Sequence record: OY639337.1
Length of the DNA stretch: 49,597 nucleotides
Origin: Klebsiella phage vB_KppS-Samwise
Reading direction: 5' to 3' (one strand)
Shown here: positions 46,617-49,597 of the stretch, piece by piece
Layout: each line of letters opens with the position of its first letter
Position numbering within the stretch: the stretch's first letter is position 1
Position numbers and translations under genes: made by a program
Notes under the pieces: model-generated
The model's input: only the letters and a program-made list of their open reading frames with translations
What the model was told of the DNA's origin: nothing
Databases searched by the model: none

Positions 46617-46658
46617 CAGCACAAATAGCTAAACAAGTGAAAATGGAGGTGTTATAAT
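46617..46658 (+). promoter_or_regulatory. Variant site CAGCACAAATAGCTA + N21 + TATAAT; ATGGAGG/CCTCCAT brackets the -10
   Basis: Direct reading. Confidence 0.65.
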
Positions 46659-46671
46659 GCCTCCATCAAGT

Positions 46672-46986
46672 CAACAAAGAGAGGATATCAAAATGGAAAA
46701 CATCACCAATGAAGAAATGATTAGCGCGGTATGTGAAGCTCACATGCGTATGTTTGTACACCGCATCACTTTCGCCATGAAGGACTTTGTTAAGCCGCTT
46801 AATCCGGCAGACGGCGAAGAAAAAATGAAATACATCCGCGATGTGATGGAGGCGGTTGACAACGTTGTAGCAACTGCGCTGATGGTCAAAGAGGATCCCG
46901 AAGCAATCAAGATGATGAAGGAATCCACCGACAAGCTGATCAATCAGCTTATCGAGATCCATAACGGCGGCGAAGTTAAGCACTAA
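46672..46986 (+). CDS. Hypothetical protein (MENITNEEMISAVCEAHM...)
   Basis: Internal Met of ORF 46657 with leader GAGAGGATATCAAAATG. Confidence 0.6.
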   Translation, partial: QQREDIKMENITNEEMISAVCEAHMRMFVHRITFAMKDFVKPLNPADGEEKMKYIRDVMEAVDNVVATALMVKEDPEAIKMMKESTDKLINQLIEIHNGGEVKH

Positions 46987-47026
46987 TTAATAACAGGCGG
47001 CGAGAGCCGCCTTTAAGGAGAAAGCA

Positions 47027-47674
47027 ATGAAGTTATCCGAAAAATTCGACGAGATTTTGCCAGCGTTGCACAAAGCACGCAGCCAGTTTGTTAAGGTGAA
47101 GAAAGATCGCCAAAACACACACCTAAAAAACAAATACGCAACTCTTGACAGCGTTCTTGATGCAATCACGCCAGCATTGACAGAAAACAAACTTATGATC
47201 ATGCAGGACGGCGAGCGTATCGAAAGCACAATGCGCGTTGAAACGACCGTGATCCACATTTCCGGTCAATGGGCTAAATTTTACTTTGATATCCCAATCG
47301 TAAAAAACGACCCTCAATGCGTTGGCTCCGCTTTCACTTATGGGCGACGTTATGCGCTGGCGGCTGCTTTCGGATTGAGCCAGGCCGACGACGACGCGCA
47401 AATTGCCGTTAAGTCTGCGCAGGATTGGAAACGCGATCTTGATAAGTGCGAAAGCGTAGACGACCTGCAAAGCGTTCTGCGCGATGCGTGGAAGTCAAGC
47501 GACAAAGCGAATCAGGTTATCATTAAAGAGCACTACGAGAAGCGCAAAGCTGAGATTGAGATCGGAAGTGCTCGCGGATTTAGCACCGCCGCTCCAAAGC
47601 AAAACCTCGCCCCAAAGGTTGACGAGCCGCAAAAGCAAGCTGTAGAATCACAGCCAATCACCAGTTTTGAATAA
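47027..47674 (+). CDS. erf: ERF-family single-strand annealing protein
   Basis: [31 protein letters not shown]...[25 protein letters not shown]. Confidence 0.9.
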   Translation: MKLSEKFDEILPALHKARSQFVKVKKDRQNTHLKNKYATLDSVLDAITPALTENKLMIMQDGERIESTMRVETTVIHISGQWAKFYFDIPIVKNDPQCVGSAFTYGRRYALAAAFGLSQADDDAQIAVKSAQDWKRDLDKCESVDDLQSVLRDAWKSSDKANQVIIKEHYEKRKAEIEIGSARGFSTAAPKQNLAPKVDEPQKQAVESQPITSFE

Positions 47675-47716
47675 TAACGCGGGGCGCTAGCCGCCCCAAT
47701 TTCACAGGAGAAAGCA

Positions 47717-48139
47717 ATGCACATTATCACCGGAGAAATTCGAAAAGAGCCTCGAATCAAGCAGACTCAAAACGGCACTCTATACGTTGTCGAGTTATCA
47801 GAGCGCTATAAAGATCGAGAAGGCAACGCGCAATATACAAACTACACTTTTTTCTTTAATGCTCGCGCCGGATCTGAGGGCATGAAAAACTGGTATGATG
47901 AAGCGTTCCAGGTTGGCAAGGTGATCTCTGTTTCTTGCGAAACGCTAAAGGCTGAATTGCGAGAGTGTGAGGGCAAGACGTATGTCACCATGCAAGCGGC
48001 AGACTTCCCGAAACTGCTGTTTAGCCAGCGCGGAGGCGCAGCACCACAACAGCAAAGCCAGCCGCGACAGCAAGCGCAGAGCCAACCACGGCAGAGCCAG
48101 GAGCCGCCGATTGACTTTGACGACGATATCCCATTCTAA
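47717..48139 (+). CDS. ssb: Single-stranded DNA-binding protein
   Basis: C-terminal Gln/Pro-rich linker and acidic tail DFDDDIPF. Confidence 0.8.
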   Translation: MHIITGEIRKEPRIKQTQNGTLYVVELSERYKDREGNAQYTNYTFFFNARAGSEGMKNWYDEAFQVGKVISVSCETLKAELRECEGKTYVTMQAADFPKLLFSQRGGAAPQQQSQPRQQAQSQPRQSQEPPIDFDDDIPF

Positions 48140-48146
48140 AAAGAAA

Positions 48147-48168
48147 CCCCGCGATTGCGGGGTTTTTT
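48147..48168. terminator. Terminator between convergent ssb and tail fibre genes
   Basis: CCCCGC-gatt-GCGGGG-T6. Confidence 0.8.
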
Positions 48169-48169
48169 A

Positions 48170-49597
48170 TTACTTCTCAATAAGCTTTGAAATCATGGCT
48201 TTCAACTCCTCAACCTCAGCCTTAAGGTTGTCAATCTCCTCCTGCTGTTTTTCAACAATGCCGCCGATGTAGCGAGTTGCAAGCGCCGTGTCAATCATGA
48301 TCACGTTGTTATCAAGTCCAAGAGTATCATCCTTGTAGTCAATAATAACTGCCGCACCAGACTCGTCATACTCTACTGAATTGTCGATGATTGGCGATCC
48401 AGGAATGATGCGCACGTATTCAGGATCTATCTCGTACAGGTCTTGAGCGATAACACCGCGACGCAGACGGTTGCATTTGTCAGACTTATACACGAACGTT
48501 GACGGCTTGAATTTCATGATATTGTCAAACGATGCCTTACCATCGTTATACTCAATATCCTTTTTCAAATCCCTGTCAGACGTTGCCACGCGCTGAAACT
48601 CAAAGCTACCACCCCAAATTCCAGTATCCCAAGCTGTAATTCTTCCATCAACGCGAAAATCAAAACCTCTATGGTATGTACCATCACCCATCATATGGAT
48701 GTTTGGTCTAGGCCAATCACCAGTACCTCCAGATATCGCCCCGAAAGAGTATCTCAAATCATACCCTACAGTTGAGCGAGTCCCTCCAGCAACGACAGGA
48801 GAATAACCTCCGTTGTTTGCAACTACTGAGTCTGCGTAGAATGGAGCGCCCATATACTCACCACTCAAACCCCATCCGCCAGCCACACACTGACCTTTGA
48901 ATCCACGCATAGCCGTAATATGACCACCGTATGAGTTATTGAAGTCAAACAACTTCCAATCATTACCCGAATTGTTAACGCAAAGTCTAACCTGCGAGAT
49001 ATCCGATCCAGATCCGCGAATTGCTCCTAACTGCCAGCAACCGTTATACCAGTTACCTTGCAGGAGGTTAACCCACGAACCCGCGCTACCATCTCCAGGC
49101 ATGTTTTGCAGCATAATGTTTTTATTGCCGCCGTCAGTTGTTAGAACCCCAACAGACTTACCTTGCGCAGCCCAAACGTCACCGTTAGATCTCAGCAGAC
49201 CAGCGCGAGCAGTGCCAGCAACGAGAATCTCCTGAAGTCCAGACATAGAACCATCTTCATTTATCTGAACATAGTTGTTTTTGCCATTTCCCGACGTGTG
49301 GATTGTTGTCTTACAGATCCCGCCCTGAGCCTCACTATAAAACCTTGATTGGCTAACACGCTCACCGGAGGAGTTTAGGTTGTCACTAATTAATATCCCT
49401 CCATTAGCGCCGTTTTTTGTTTTTAGTGTGACCTGGCCAAAATTTACATCCTGAGTATCACCAAGTCCAAAGTTATTGCGAGCGCCAGCAACATCCATCG
49501 CACCAGTACCGCCGCGATCAACAGGAAGCGGCTTTATTGTTCCGCTAGCATCGTCATACGCACCCCAATCGCCGCTATCATCAACATAGATTTTCAT
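48170..49597 (-). CDS. Tail fibre/spike C-terminal part with Peptidase_S74-type intramolecular chaperone; continues upstream through base 1..931
   Basis: ATSDRDLKKDIEYNDGKASFDNIMKFKPSTFVYKSDKCNRLRRGVIAQDLYEI. Confidence 0.9.
   Translation of the reverse strand: MKIYVDDSGDWGAYDDASGTIKPLPVDRGGTGAMDVAGARNNFGLGDTQDVNFGQVTLKTKNGANGGILISDNLNSSGERVSQSRFYSEAQGGICKTTIHTSGNGKNNYVQINEDGSMSGLQEILVAGTARAGLLRSNGDVWAAQGKSVGVLTTDGGNKNIMLQNMPGDGSAGSWVNLLQGNWYNGCWQLGAIRGSGSDISQVRLCVNNSGNDWKLFDFNNSYGGHITAMRGFKGQCVAGGWGLSGEYMGAPFYADSVVANNGGYSPVVAGGTRSTVGYDLRYSFGAISGGTGDWPRPNIHMMGDGTYHRGFDFRVDGRITAWDTGIWGGSFEFQRVATSDRDLKKDIEYNDGKASFDNIMKFKPSTFVYKSDKCNRLRRGVIAQDLYEIDPEYVRIIPGSPIIDNSVEYDESGAAVIIDYKDDTLGLDNNVIMIDTALATRYIGGIVEKQQEEIDNLKAEVEELKAMISKLIEK
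49576..49597. repeat. 22-nt terminal overlap identical to bases 1-22
   Basis: tatcatcaacatagattttcat at both ends. Confidence 0.95.

Noticed and set aside
1-49597. Temperate lifestyle because of the YdaS/Cro-like protein and the many operators.
   Set aside because: I found no integrase, partition genes or CI-like repressor with a peptidase domain; a lytic or unusual plasmid-like state cannot be decided from sequence alone.

Overview
The window looks like one complete circular or circularly permuted siphophage genome of about 49.6 kb. The first and last 22 nt are identical, and a tail-fibre reading frame runs in frame across the junction. Rightward modules: (a) early replication/modification genes: helicase, VRR-NUC nuclease, Dam-like methylase, metallophosphoesterase; (b) lysis: SAR endolysin and a probable unimolecular spanin; (c) a field of small unknown genes; (d) HK97/lambda-like head and long non-contractile tail genes; (e) an exonuclease VIII-like/ERF/SSB recombination cassette. 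Leftward modules: tail fibre, primase-like gene, YdaS/Cro-like regulator, DUF3987-like protein, C5-methylase-like gene and several small genes. I saw no integrase, recognisable CI-type repressor with a peptidase domain, tRNA or CRISPR array. The most interesting signal is a genome-wide regulatory system. A 15-bp near-palindrome (TAGCAC-N3-TTGYTA) occurs about 19 times. In about 14 copies it lies 21-23 nt (12 of them exactly 22 nt) upstream of a TATAAT-like -10 with no recognisable -35, which puts its centre near -42, the class II activator position. In late-gene promoters the same site overlaps the -10 or lies at about +7 to +21, the position expected for a repressor. The sites often contain the TAG stop codon of the preceding gene. 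Many of these -10 boxes are bracketed by inverted repeats of unrelated sequence, and several are followed by a conserved 'CGAAACGAA' leader. Other notable items are a second promoter class embedded in intrinsic terminators, a duplicated structured non-coding region at the two divergent transcription junctions, an A AAA AAC frameshift site in the tail chaperone genes, and several apparently frameshifted small ORFs. All family calls come from reading the sequences by eye; no database search was run.
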